Source: Gemmatimonadota bacterium (GTDB lineage Bacteria > Gemmatimonadota > Gemmatimonadetes > Gemmatimonadales > GWC2-71-9). From it: a stretch of 50,735 nucleotides of DNA. The first letter of the stretch is position 1. Every line of letters begins with the position of its first letter. The stretch is taken from assembly GCA_036679605.1 (NCBI GenBank), contig JAZDCZ010000411.1, forward strand, positions 1 to 50,735, in the 5' to 3' direction. Below the pieces are notes generated by a model, which was not told the origin of the DNA, made no database searches, and saw only the letters and a list, made by a program, of their open reading frames with translations. This document shows, piece after piece, positions 8,921 through 19,209 of this stretch. Both the position numbers and the translations under genes were made by a program.

Positions 8921-10714
8921 ATGGACCTATCTCGCTTAGTCGCGTTCCAGCGGGCAATAGAGGCACGCCTAACGGATCGAGCTGCATCTCTGGCGGCCAA
9001 ACTGCCGCGCCTGGGCGTTGACGAAGATGCATTGCTGCTCGTCTTCGCCGTGGCGATCGGCGGCGCAGTCGGTCTCGCAGTCATAGGCTTTTACAACCTC
9101 ATCAGCCTAGTTCAGGCTATCGCGCTTTCAACTGCCGCCGGACCTTCGGGACCGACCAGCCGCTTATCCATTCTGGCGATCGTGCTCGTCGGACTTGCTG
9201 CAACACGGCTCCTGATACGGTACGGGACGGGAGACTCGGACGGTCAAAACATACCCGACGTCATGCGGGCGGTAGCGAAGCGGGGCGGTGTCGTACACTC
9301 AATTCCGGTCGCAATAAAGACCGCAGGCGCAGCACTGGCGATCGGCGCCGGCGGATCGGTCGGCGCCGAGGGTCCGGTGGCAGTGGCTGGGTCGGCACTG
9401 GGCTCGCGGATCGGCCGGCTGTTCCGGTCGGGACCGTCACGTCTCAAGGTGCTCGTGGGCTGCGGAGCAGCAGCCGGGATATCGGCGGCATTTAACGCCC
9501 CCATTGCCGGGGTCTTTTTCGCCCTGGAGAAAGTAGTCGGCAGCTTCGGTGTCGCTTCTTTCCCCCCGGTGCTAGTAGCAAGTGTTATATCGGCCGCCAT
9601 CTCGCGTGCGGCATTCGGCAATTCACCTGTGATAGCGATCCCAACGCAATACGGAGTGGTGGCAGGCAGCGACCTAGTTTTTTATGCCATCTTGGGTCTT
9701 ATTGTCGGAGTGGTCGCCGTCGCCTATTCGCGCGGTCCCTTCCTGATCGGTGACCTGTTGCAGCGACTACCCAAGCGGTGGATCCGCGTACTCGTTGGCG
9801 CACTGGTCGTAGGGCTCCTCAACATCGTTTTCAGAGCCGACCTTTGGGGACACGGCCACGAGAGCTTCAGGATAGATATGATTGGGACGCGTAGTGCACA
9901 GTTCTTGATCGCGCTCGCCTTTGCAAAAATCCTGGCCACATCAGCGACCCTGTCAGTTACGCGAACCGGTGGTGTGTTCACCCCTGCCCTATTCGTGGGC
10001 GCAACACTCGGTGGCGGGCTCGCCACCGCCGCGGCAAAGTTTATTCCCGGATTTACTATCGCGCCTGAAGCGTTCGCACTCGTGGGAATGGCGGGGCTGG
10101 TCGCAGGAAGCACACACGCGCCACTAACGGCAATCATGATAGTGTTCGAAATGACGAACGACTACGCGCTGATCCTACCCCTCATGCTGTGCGGTGCCAT
10201 TGCATATATCACCGCGCGAAGAATCTATCCCGAATCAATCTATTCCGAGTGGCTGGTCCGCCGAGGAGACAACATCCATGCGGGACACGACACCGCTGTT
10301 CTAGAGCGGCTCAAGGTCAGCGATTGCTATGACACCGATCCGGATGTAATCGGTGAAGCGTCCACCGTACCTGAGATCGTAAAGGCGATCGGGTCAAGTC
10401 CGCAGATCGAATTCCCGGTTCTCGATGTGGACTCGGAACTCGTGGGCATGATAACCTTCGACGATCTCCGCACCGTACTGAGCGAAGCCGATGCACTCGC
10501 ACCTGTAGTTCTTGCCGGTGATCTCGCCAAACAGCAGTTCGAGTGCGTCATCCCGCAGGACTCGCTTCGCACCGCTTTGCAGAAGCTGGGGATCAGGGGC
10601 AGCCACTGTCTTCCAGTGGTCGCCGAGGAACCACACGGTCGGCTACTTGGCCTGATCAGCCGCCAGGAAATCTTGACGGCGTACGACCGGGATCTCTTGC
10701 GGCGGGAACACTAG
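8921..10714 (+). CDS. CLC-family chloride channel/anion transporter with two C-terminal CBS domains
   Basis: Motifs 'GGSVGAEGP', 'AAGISAAFNAPIAG', 'GGVFTPALFVG', 'THAPLTAIMIVFEMT', 'SIY'; CBS pair in the last ~130 aa. Confidence 0.92.
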   Translation: MDLSRLVAFQRAIEARLTDRAASLAAKLPRLGVDEDALLLVFAVAIGGAVGLAVIGFYNLISLVQAIALSTAAGPSGPTSRLSILAIVLVGLAATRLLIRYGTGDSDGQNIPDVMRAVAKRGGVVHSIPVAIKTAGAALAIGAGGSVGAEGPVAVAGSALGSRIGRLFRSGPSRLKVLVGCGAAAGISAAFNAPIAGVFFALEKVVGSFGVASFPPVLVASVISAAISRAAFGNSPVIAIPTQYGVVAGSDLVFYAILGLIVGVVAVAYSRGPFLIGDLLQRLPKRWIRVLVGALVVGLLNIVFRADLWGHGHESFRIDMIGTRSAQFLIALAFAKILATSATLSVTRTGGVFTPALFVGATLGGGLATAAAKFIPGFTIAPEAFALVGMAGLVAGSTHAPLTAIMIVFEMTNDYALILPLMLCGAIAYITARRIYPESIYSEWLVRRGDNIHAGHDTAVLERLKVSDCYDTDPDVIGEASTVPEIVKAIGSSPQIEFPVLDVDSELVGMITFDDLRTVLSEADALAPVVLAGDLAKQQFECVIPQDSLRTALQKLGIRGSHCLPVVAEEPHGRLLGLISRQEILTAYDRDLLRREH

Positions 10715-10777
10715 CCGAGGCTTCGGCCGTGCGCCAAGTTTGGTGGACCTCCCGATTGTGCTTAGATTCCCGCCACC

Positions 10778-12384
10778 ATGAAATCACGTATGACCAGATT
10801 GCTCCGTGACATCGTGTTTGGCGCAGCCACGGCAGTCGTGCTGGCCGGCGGCGCTGCGGCGCCGGCTACTGCCCAATATCCCGACACCTATGTCCTGCCT
10901 CGCGGGGTCTTGAGGGTAAGCTTTGAACCTCTACTGTCGAATTACGACGAACGGCTGCGGAGCGACGGTGAGACAGAGCTACTGGGCACGGATCTCACCT
11001 TCGACTCCGCAGGAGTCAACTTCTTTGCAGCCCTGCTGGCGCCTCGGGTAGCCGTTCGATCCCTAGCAGGTGATCCTAATTACAAGTTCAACGCCGGTGC
11101 GTTCCGCACGGTGCTGGACGCCGACGTACGTCACTTTCCGTTCAACTTTCAGTTGGGTATCTCAGGTCGACTCACGCTAACTGCGTCGATCCCTATAGTA
11201 ACAACGCGAATACAGGTGGGATTCTCAGTCGACAGCACCAACGCAAGTGTAGGCTGGAATCAGGTGGCGCCCACATCAGGCGACGCGAGCGCTTTGAGCC
11301 AAGTCTCGACGCTATTGAACGAACTCGGAACGTCAGCAAGTGCGCTGGGAGCGTTGATATCTAGTGGCGGACTCGACTGCCCGTCGGGACCCCAGTGTGC
11401 CGCCGCCCAGGATCTCATGGGCCGCGTGATTGGCATGCAGGCCAACGTCACGGGCCTTACCGGTGTAAACACCGACGGAACGATCTCTCCCGAGCTACCA
11501 CCGTTTGCGCCGCTCGATTCCTCTGCTGCTGGACAGGCCATCGGGTCATCGATTCTGGGAATCTCGAACCAGCTTCAGGGACTCGGCGTGACCGGGTTGA
11601 CCGGAACGCTGCCGCTTCCGAGTGCACGGCTCTCGGTGGAGGACGTGCAGGCAGTGCTCACCACTCCTGCCTTTGGTTACAATGCGTTTCCTCTGGAGTT
11701 CAGAAAAGTGACGCAAAGGCTGGGTGACCTCGAGCTGGGCGCACGATGGGGCCTAGTGTCCAAGCCGTCATTTAGAGCTGTTTTGTCGACAAAGGTCCGA
11801 CTTCCGACCGGAACTAGGGATTTGCCCTCTCACTTCGTGGATATCGGTACCGGTGACAAGCAGACCGACGTCGAACTAGGACTAGACTAGAAGCCGTGTT
11901 CGAGCCCGGTGAGGTGGTTGGTCTCGCCATAGCGACGTCCTATAACCTCCAGTTGTCGGACAACCTCTCTCGCAGGATCGCGCCGACCAACCAACCCATC
12001 GCGTTGGCGAGCACCGAGCAGATGGTCTCCCGTAACCTAGGCGACGTCTTCCGATTCAGCGCCTTTCCCACGTTTCGACTGAGTCCAGCATTCCGCGCCT
12101 TCACTATGATTGATTACTACCGCAAGTCGAACGATAGCTTCAGTCTGAGCAGCGGGACGTTGGATGCGTCTGTCCTGGACAACAACACGAGCATGCGCCG
12201 AGTGTCTGCGGGAGCGGGTATTCATTATAGATCGATCGGCCGCAACAAGGACAAGCTCCCGATCGAGGCTGGTCTACGTTATCTCGCCACGTTCAACGGG
12301 TCGGGCGGGCTTACGCCTAAGACATCGGGAATGAATATCTACCTGCGGTTGTTTTATCACGTCTTTGGCAGCCAGAAGGAATAG
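10778..12384 (+). pseudogene. Predicted outer-membrane beta-barrel protein split by a 5-bp duplication frameshift (ORFs 10778-11890 and 11896-12384)
   Basis: Sec signal ending 'APATA-Q', amphipathic beta-strands, and an aromatic-rich C-terminus 'IYLRLFYHVF'. Removing one CTAGA at 11882-11891 fuses both ORFs into one 533-aa frame (…VELGLEAVFEPG…). Confidence 0.75.
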
Positions 12385-12385
12385 T

Positions 12386-14131
12386 CTATCCGCGCCGTGA
12401 GAGGCGCGGCTTGGCTGGTGTCGCTAAGAGCGACGTACGCCCAACGGGAGGCACCGGAGAGTCGGGTCCGGCTCCGGCCTTGCGCAACATATCTCGCGCA
12501 TGCCCGATTGCGACCGGGTCTTTAGCGTCGCCCAGCATCCGCGCGATTTCGGTCACCCTCTCAGTTTGCGACAACACCGTAACAGACGTATCCGGTAAGC
12601 CACTCGCGCTCCGCTTTTCAACGCTCAGGTGCCGCGCGGCATGCGCCGCGATCAGAGGAAGATGGGTGATGATGAGCACTTGCCTCGAGACCGCAACCTG
12701 CTCCAGTGCTTCGGACACCGTCGCGGCCACCTCTCCACCTATGCCTTGATCTACTTCGTCGAACACCAAGGTTGGTACAGAGTCGTGCTGGGCTAACACC
12801 ACCTTGAGCGCCAGCATCAGGCGCGAAAGTTCACCGCCACTGGCCACCTGGGCCAACGGCCGCGCTTCCATACCCTGATTGAGCGTGACCAGGAAGTTGA
12901 CGACATCTTTCCCGGTCGCCATTACACTCTTGGATTGATCGATACCGACTGTGAACTCTCCGTGCGGCATACCAAGCCCAGGCAGTAGTTCGGTGACCGC
13001 CTTCTCAATGCGGCGCGCTGCCTTCGTTCGCTTTGTGGAAAGTGCGGCTGCGGCAGCTTCCAATTCGGCATCCGCTTGCTCCCGCTGTTCACTGATCTTT
13101 TCGAGATCGATGTCGGCTGTGTCCAACAGACCCAACTCATGACTCGCCTGTTCACCGGTGCGGATAACGTCTTCGACGTCGGGGCCGTATTTCTGCTTGA
13201 GACGAAACAGGACGTTCCGGCGTTGCTCCACCTGCGCCAGCCTCTCGGGATCGAGTTCGATCTCCGACGCGTATCTGGCCACTGAACGGGCCAACTCCCC
13301 CACGTTTGCCTCGGCGGCGTCCAACAGCTCCTGCCATTCGGCCACACTGTCGTCAACCCGTGCCAGTTGTTGAAGAATCTTGTTAGCCTGCCCCAACAGT
13401 CCGAGCGCCGCTGTGTCGCCCTCTTCGAGCAACGCACTGAGTTGCTCCGCCATCCGCGTGAGATCTTCGACGTTCGATAACCTGCGGGCCTCTACGTCCA
13501 GATCTTCGTATTCACCTACTTGCGGTTTGGCACCTGCTATCTCGCCTGCCACGTGCCTCAGATAGTCGGCTCGTTTGCGCACGTCGTCCCGCCTGGCCTC
13601 CAGCTCTTGCTCCTCCGCTCTCAGCCGCACAGCATGGTCGAACGCAGCTCTAGTGCGCCTCAGCTCCGGATCGGCACCGCCAAAAGCGTCCAAGATCCTT
13701 CTCTGAGATTCGGCACGCAGCAGCGACTGCGACTCGTGCTGGCCGTGCAGATCGACCAACCGGCGCCCAATTCTTGATAACGCTGACACGGTGGTGGGGC
13801 TGCCGTTCGCCCAAGCGCGGTTACGACCGTCAATGTTGATGTCGCGGCGAACTACAAACCGGTCGTCCTCCAGATCCACTCCCGCACCCTCAGCCAACTC
13901 GACGAATCCGGGAATGTGAGCGACATCGAACGCCGCTTCTACGACTCCACGCTCGGCACCCGGACGAACCAAGTCTCCACTGGCGCGTTCACCCAAGAGC
14001 AGGGCCAGCGCGTCGACAAGCATTGACTTACCGGCGCCGGTCTCACCGGTCAGGACATTGAGCCCTGACCCGAGATGGATCGTTACGTCTTCTATGACTG
14101 CCAGATTACGAACGCGCAGTTCGGTGAGCAC
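12386..14131 (-). CDS. recN: DNA repair protein RecN
   Basis: Walker A 'LTGETGAGKS', signature 'ASGGELSRLML', Walker B 'FDEVDQG', and 'ITHLP'. Confidence 0.96.
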   Translation of the reverse strand: MLTELRVRNLAVIEDVTIHLGSGLNVLTGETGAGKSMLVDALALLLGERASGDLVRPGAERGVVEAAFDVAHIPGFVELAEGAGVDLEDDRFVVRRDINIDGRNRAWANGSPTTVSALSRIGRRLVDLHGQHESQSLLRAESQRRILDAFGGADPELRRTRAAFDHAVRLRAEEQELEARRDDVRKRADYLRHVAGEIAGAKPQVGEYEDLDVEARRLSNVEDLTRMAEQLSALLEEGDTAALGLLGQANKILQQLARVDDSVAEWQELLDAAEANVGELARSVARYASEIELDPERLAQVEQRRNVLFRLKQKYGPDVEDVIRTGEQASHELGLLDTADIDLEKISEQREQADAELEAAAAALSTKRTKAARRIEKAVTELLPGLGMPHGEFTVGIDQSKSVMATGKDVVNFLVTLNQGMEARPLAQVASGGELSRLMLALKVVLAQHDSVPTLVFDEVDQGIGGEVAATVSEALEQVAVSRQVLIITHLPLIAAHAARHLSVEKRSASGLPDTSVTVLSQTERVTEIARMLGDAKDPVAIGHARDMLRKAGAGPDSPVPPVGRTSLLATPAKPRLSRRG

Positions 14132-15004
14132 TCAGCCTCGCTCTCGGTCGCTCAAGTCACCCCATTGTAACTTCGCACGCATTCGAGAGAAGAACCCTTC
14201 TGACGCAAGCCGTACCAATCGAACGGCGGACGGGGACTGCCGAGCCACAAGCCGGTCCTCGCGATCCAAATGAGATCGGACCTGCCCATCGTAGGATACA
14301 AGTACTTCATCACCCCAAGGCGGCTCTAGTCGCAGAGAAATTTCCGAAGTCCCTGGCACCACGAGTGGGCGCACCGCTAACGTGTGTGGACAGATAGCAG
14401 TAATCACCAGAGCTTCCACCCCGGGCACGACAATTGGACCGCCTGCGCTCAACGAGTAGGCTGTCGACCCGGTCGGCGTGGCAACGATAATTCCATCGGC
14501 ACTGTACTGCCCCACCTCCTCACCATCAACCATGACCGTCGCCCGGATCACCCTGGCGACCCCAGCCTTGTGAACCACGATGTCGTTGAGAACGGTCGCA
14601 CCAGAACGCTCTTCGCCGTTCGGTCCCACGATATACGACTCGAGCGTAGTACGCCGCTCGAGTTCAAATTCCCCGCGCGCGAACGCGTCGACCGCTTCCT
14701 CCAACGAATCGGGAGTCGCAGTGGTCAAGAATCCGACACGACCGAGATTCACCCCCAAGATCGGGACTTCGCGGGACCCGAGGATGCGCGCGCCGCGTAG
14801 TAACGTGCCGTCACCGCCGAATGTCAGCAGGAGATCGAGGTCTTGGGTTGTTGCATCGAGAGTCGCAACCGGTTCGGGCCACAGATCGGTCAGATCCGGT
14901 TCGCCCGCCATGGAAAGATTGTGGGCGGAACGTTGGGCAACCAACCTGGCGAGGAGACTGCGGAGATCTTCGTAGCGCGGGTTGCCCACGACACCGATCT
15001 TCAT
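14132..15004 (-). CDS. nadK: NAD(+) kinase
   Basis: Motifs 'GGDGTLL', 'VLND', 'ADGIIVATPTGSTAYSLSAGGP'. Confidence 0.96.
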   Translation of the reverse strand: MKIGVVGNPRYEDLRSLLARLVAQRSAHNLSMAGEPDLTDLWPEPVATLDATTQDLDLLLTFGGDGTLLRGARILGSREVPILGVNLGRVGFLTTATPDSLEEAVDAFARGEFELERRTTLESYIVGPNGEERSGATVLNDIVVHKAGVARVIRATVMVDGEEVGQYSADGIIVATPTGSTAYSLSAGGPIVVPGVEALVITAICPHTLAVRPLVVPGTSEISLRLEPPWGDEVLVSYDGQVRSHLDREDRLVARQSPSAVRLVRLASEGFFSRMRAKLQWGDLSDRERG

Positions 15005-16911
15005 GCGGTCGAGAGACTCTCCTTGGCCATCAACGATCGCACGCGCTCGGCGATCCCCTCAGCTGTGAGACCTACCGACGCCAGCTGGTGCTGACGGGAG
15101 GCATGCTCGTACGTACGATCGGGCACACCCATTATTGCTACCCGAACGTCCGGGGCCATCTCTTGCAAGGTTGCCGTCATCAGCGCCCCGAAGCCGTTCA
15201 CAACGGTGCCATCTTCAACCGTAACCAACCACCGGTGCTCGCGCGCTACGCTCTTTAACATGTTGCGATCGAACGGCTTGACGAACCGGCAATTCACAAC
15301 CGTCACGTCCACCCCATCTGCCGCCAACATGCTGGCGGCCTCCAGAGACGGCTGGCACATAACACCAACAGCGAGGATTGCGCACTCGGAGCCCTCGCGC
15401 AGGATCTCCCAGGATCCGTACGGTATTGGAGCCACTTCCGCAGCCGGCGGAGCAGCTGACGGAACGTTGTCGCGCGGGTAACGCGTGCAGAACGGGCCCT
15501 CGTCGCGCTCGAGTGCGCAACGCAGCAGTCCGATCAACTCAGCTCCGTCCTTGGGTTGCGTAACCGTCATGTTCGGCACCGCCAGCATGTATGCGATGTC
15601 ATACAATCCCATGTGCGTCTGGCCGTCTGCTCCCACCATTCCAGCCCGATCCATGCAAAAGATGACCGGAAGTTCTTGAATCGCGACATCGTGAATAACG
15701 TTGTCGTACGCACGCTGCAGAAACGTGGAATAGATCGCGACCACCGGACGCAGGCCTTGTGTCGCCAACCCTGCGGCGAACGTCGTGCCGTGCCCTTCGG
15801 CGATACCCACGTCGAAGAAACGATCCGGCCATTTTTGCTGGAAAATATTGGTACCGGTGCCCGATGGCATCGCAGCCGTGATCGTCACGAGGCGAGGATA
15901 CTCCGCGCCAAGCTCGGCGAGCGCCGTGCCGAAAACTTTGGTCCATGTCGGTGGGCCACCGCCCTTCTTGGGCAGTAGCTCTCCGGTAACCGGATCGTAT
16001 GGATTCCTGGCGTGGAACTTCTCCACGTCCGGTTGGCCGAAGGGGAAGCCCTTGCCCTTCTCAGTGAGCACGTGAACGATGCGGGGCCCTTCGAGCCCTT
16101 TGACCATCTCGAACGTCTTGAGCATTGCTGGGATGTCGTGTCCGTCGAGGGGCCCGAAATATCTGAACCCCAATTCTTCGAACAGCATACCGGGGGACCA
16201 CAGATTCTTGATGCTCTCTTCGACATTGCGAGCCAGGTCGACCACGCGCTGACCACCCACTACCTTCGATGCGCGTTCGATAGCCGCCTTCACATGCTCA
16301 CGGATTCGGTTCGTGATCGGGCTCGCGATTATGGATCCCAAGTACTTGGACATGGCACCGACGTTCGGGGCGATCGACATTCCGTTGTCGTTGAGGACTA
16401 CGATCAGGTTCCGGTCGGTGTGGCCCGCGTTGTTGATCCCCTCGTACGGCAGGCCGCCGGTCATGGCACCATCGCCCAAGACGGCCACTACATCGAACGA
16501 TTCACCTTTGATATCCCTCGCAGTCGCGATCCCAACTGCGGCCGAGATCGCAGTGCCCGCGTGGCCGGCGCCGAAGATGTCATGCTCGCTCTCGGTTCGC
16601 CTTAGAAACGGGCCCAAGCCGTCCCGCTGCCGCAGTGTATCCAGCCTGTCGTTGCGACCGGTCAGCACTTTCCACGGATATCCCTGATGGCCCACATCCC
16701 ACAGGATCTTATCCTTGGGAGATTCAAAGCTGTGGAGTAGAGCGACGGTGAGTTCCACCACCCCCAAACCAGCACCTATATGGCCGCCAGTCTGCGAGAC
16801 TACGTCTATCAGGCGCTGCCGGACCTCGTCGGCTAGCTGCGGCAGCCGATCGGGCGGCATCCGCCTTACGTCCTCAGGTCCTCTAACAGAATCCAGCAGG
16901 CTCATACGCAA
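15001..16911 (-). CDS. dxs: 1-deoxy-D-xylulose-5-phosphate synthase
   Basis: Motifs 'GGHIGAGLGVVEL', 'WDVGHQ', TPP motif 'GDGAMTGG…LNDN', 'IYSTFLQRAYD'. The start may be the ATG at 16905. Confidence 0.96.
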   Translation of the reverse strand: MRMSLLDSVRGPEDVRRMPPDRLPQLADEVRQRLIDVVSQTGGHIGAGLGVVELTVALLHSFESPKDKILWDVGHQGYPWKVLTGRNDRLDTLRQRDGLGPFLRRTESEHDIFGAGHAGTAISAAVGIATARDIKGESFDVVAVLGDGAMTGGLPYEGINNAGHTDRNLIVVLNDNGMSIAPNVGAMSKYLGSIIASPITNRIREHVKAAIERASKVVGGQRVVDLARNVEESIKNLWSPGMLFEELGFRYFGPLDGHDIPAMLKTFEMVKGLEGPRIVHVLTEKGKGFPFGQPDVEKFHARNPYDPVTGELLPKKGGGPPTWTKVFGTALAELGAEYPRLVTITAAMPSGTGTNIFQQKWPDRFFDVGIAEGHGTTFAAGLATQGLRPVVAIYSTFLQRAYDNVIHDVAIQELPVIFCMDRAGMVGADGQTHMGLYDIAYMLAVPNMTVTQPKDGAELIGLLRCALERDEGPFCTRYPRDNVPSAAPPAAEVAPIPYGSWEILREGSECAILAVGVMCQPSLEAASMLAADGVDVTVVNCRFVKPFDRNMLKSVAREHRWLVTVEDGTVVNGFGALMTATLQEMAPDVRVAIMGVPDRTYEHASRQHQLASVGLTAEGIAERVRSLMAKESLSTA

Positions 16912-16927
16912 GATTTCGCAAGTATAA

Positions 16928-17830
16928 TCAGGAACGGCGGTTATGGACGAATAGCGCCAGTGAGTTCATTAGCCCTGAATCTAGCCCCACCGATACCAAA
17001 TGGTCTATGGCCCGGTCGATGTGTTCCTCGGCAAATTGGGCTGCGCGGTCGACTCCCATGATCGCGGGGAAGGTAGCCTTTTGCTGCGACTGGTCCTTTC
17101 CTGCCGTCTTACCCAGTTCGGTGGAGGTCGAGGTAGCATCCAGTATATCGTCTACCACCTGGAAGGCGAGCCCAAGCTCTAGACCGTAACTCCGGACCGC
17201 AGATACCGTCCTGCCGTCCGCGCCCGCGGCAAGGGCACCTAGTACCACGCAGGAGGAGATGAGCGCGCCGGTCTTGGCGCGGTGAATGCGAACGAGTTCC
17301 TCCAAGGGCACTGCTATACCCTCAGCCTCCAGATCGAGCACCTGGCCACCTACCATGCCGGCAGCGCCGGCAGCTCGAAACAACTCTCGACCCATTTCCC
17401 CCACGACATCGGGCCCCAGTCCGATGGCCTTCGCCCCGGATACCAGAATCCGGGCGGCCAGTGGCACCATATGGAAGGCGGCATCGGATGCCACGGGCAC
17501 TCCGAATTCCCGATGCGTGGTCGGTCTTCCGCGTCTCAAATCATCGTCGTCCATGCATGGGAGATCGTCGTGCACCAAAGAGTAGGTGTGAACGACCTCC
17601 ACAGCGGCGGCGATTTCGGTCACGTCGGCCCCACCACCTAATTCCCCATACACGGCAATTAGGAGCGCAGGCCGAAGCCGCTTGCCCGGACCGGACAGAC
17701 TGTAGGCTATGGCATCGGCGATCTTGGGCTCCATCCCGACACGGACCCGCGAGCACCAGTCGTCCAACACGCGGTTTACCGCATCGCGGGTTTGGGAGAG
17801 GAACTCTCTGGGATCAGAGATCGATGTCAC
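16928..17830 (-). CDS. ispA: Farnesyl/geranylgeranyl diphosphate synthase
   Basis: 'GKRLRP', FARM 'HDDLPCMDDDDLRRG', SARM 'QVVDDILD', 'GKTAGKD'. The start was trimmed to GTG 17830 (TTG 17839 is an alternative) because the longer ORF overlaps xseB. Confidence 0.92.
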   Translation of the reverse strand: MTSISDPREFLSQTRDAVNRVLDDWCSRVRVGMEPKIADAIAYSLSGPGKRLRPALLIAVYGELGGGADVTEIAAAVEVVHTYSLVHDDLPCMDDDDLRRGRPTTHREFGVPVASDAAFHMVPLAARILVSGAKAIGLGPDVVGEMGRELFRAAGAAGMVGGQVLDLEAEGIAVPLEELVRIHRAKTGALISSCVVLGALAAGADGRTVSAVRSYGLELGLAFQVVDDILDATSTSTELGKTAGKDQSQQKATFPAIMGVDRAAQFAEEHIDRAIDHLVSVGLDSGLMNSLALFVHNRRS

Positions 17831-18041
17831 TGGTGCCAAGTGTTCCGTCTGCTTCCTCCAACACACGTCGTACGGTGAGTTCCGAGTTCTTGAGCAGTTG
17901 TCGCGCCGTCTTGAGTCGCTCGACACCTTCCTGGAACAGATCCAGAGCCTTGTCTAGATCGACGTCTTCATCTTCCAATGACTCGACGATGGCCTCGAGT
18001 TTTTCTATCTCGACACGGAAGGATCTTTTGCTATCAGACAT
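17814..18041 (-). CDS. xseB: Exodeoxyribonuclease VII small subunit
   Basis: 'KLEAIVESLEDEDVDLDKALDLFQEGV'; lies between xseA and ispA; start at ATG 18041. Confidence 0.93.
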   Translation of the reverse strand: MSDSKRSFRVEIEKLEAIVESLEDEDVDLDKALDLFQEGVERLKTARQLLKNSELTVRRVLEEADGTLGTSDIDL

Positions 18042-19209
18042 TGGGCCGGCCAACCGTTTGCGCACTCACTTCACCATCTGACACTGTCAATCGAAAGTCT
18101 GATCCCACAACGAAATCTGCAATCCGCTTGAGAAGCTGTCCATCGGCTGTTCTGGCAACGGCGTACCCCCGGTCCAGCACCTTGAGCGGACTGAGCGCGT
18201 CCAATGTACGTGCGAGACGATCGATAGTTCCGCCTCGGCGTTCGATTTGCACCTGCATGGCTGACGCCAGCCGGTCGGAAGTGCGGGCAATTCGCTCTTC
18301 GCCGAGCCGTGTGTGGCTGGTCAGCCTTCCCACCAACCTATGCGCAAACCCATTGAGCGACTCGATGACCGCAGTCCTGTTCGGCACCGCCGTTTCAGCT
18401 GCCGCCGACGGCGTCGGTGCACGCAAATCAGCGACCAGATCGGTCAGCGAGGAGTCGGTCTCGTGTCCCACCGCAGATATCGTCGGTGCATCGACCGCCG
18501 CCAACGCCCGCGCTACCCGCTCGCTGTTGAATGCCCAGAGATCCTCCCGTGACCCTCCACCTCGCGTCAGAATCAGCAGGTCGAGCGACGGAATGCGGTT
18601 CGCCAGCTCCAGCGCCTGGCAAATTTCGGCTTCGGCACCGCCACCTTGAACCAGAGTGGGAAGGACAAACACCTCCACACACGGCCACCGACGCGCTACG
18701 ACCGAACAGAAGTCACGTAGTGCGGCGCCGTCGGCGCTCGTCACAACCGCGATCTTCCGTGGATACTCAGGCAGCGGACGCTTCCGCGACGGATCGAGCA
18801 GACCGTCTGCATCCAGCGCTTTCCGAGCCTTCTCCAACTGCAGGCGCCACATGCCTTCGGCGTCCGTGGGAACGAACCGCTTGACTGTCAGGCGGAACTC
18901 GCCGCGCTCCTCCCAGATAGTAGGTTGGGCCTCGACGAAAACTTGGCTACCCTCTTGCGGTAAGGCCGGGAGCCGCTCGTTGTCGGTTCGCCACATCACG
19001 CAGCGAACCTTCGCGCTGTGATCTCGGAGGGTGAAGTACCAGTGACCGCTTCTGTATTTCTTGAAGTCGGTTATCTCCCCGCGCACCCACAACCGGCTCA
19101 ACCCCGACTCCACCAAGCAACGTGCGCGCTTCGTCAGGTCCGATACGGTGAGCGCCCCTTCGTCGGAATCGAGGATCGCCGCCGCGAAGAGGTCTAGTCG
19201 GCCGCCCAC
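18034..19209 (-). CDS. xseA: Exodeoxyribonuclease VII large subunit
   Basis: OB fold 'SGHWYFTLRD', then 'RGGGSREDLWAFN' and 'SAVGHETD…ADLRAPTPSAAAE'. Confidence 0.96.
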   Translation of the reverse strand: MGGRLDLFAAAILDSDEGALTVSDLTKRARCLVESGLSRLWVRGEITDFKKYRSGHWYFTLRDHSAKVRCVMWRTDNERLPALPQEGSQVFVEAQPTIWEERGEFRLTVKRFVPTDAEGMWRLQLEKARKALDADGLLDPSRKRPLPEYPRKIAVVTSADGAALRDFCSVVARRWPCVEVFVLPTLVQGGGAEAEICQALELANRIPSLDLLILTRGGGSREDLWAFNSERVARALAAVDAPTISAVGHETDSSLTDLVADLRAPTPSAAAETAVPNRTAVIESLNGFAHRLVGRLTSHTRLGEERIARTSDRLASAMQVQIERRGGTIDRLARTLDALSPLKVLDRGYAVARTADGQLLKRIADFVVGSDFRLTVSDGEVSAQTVGRPNV

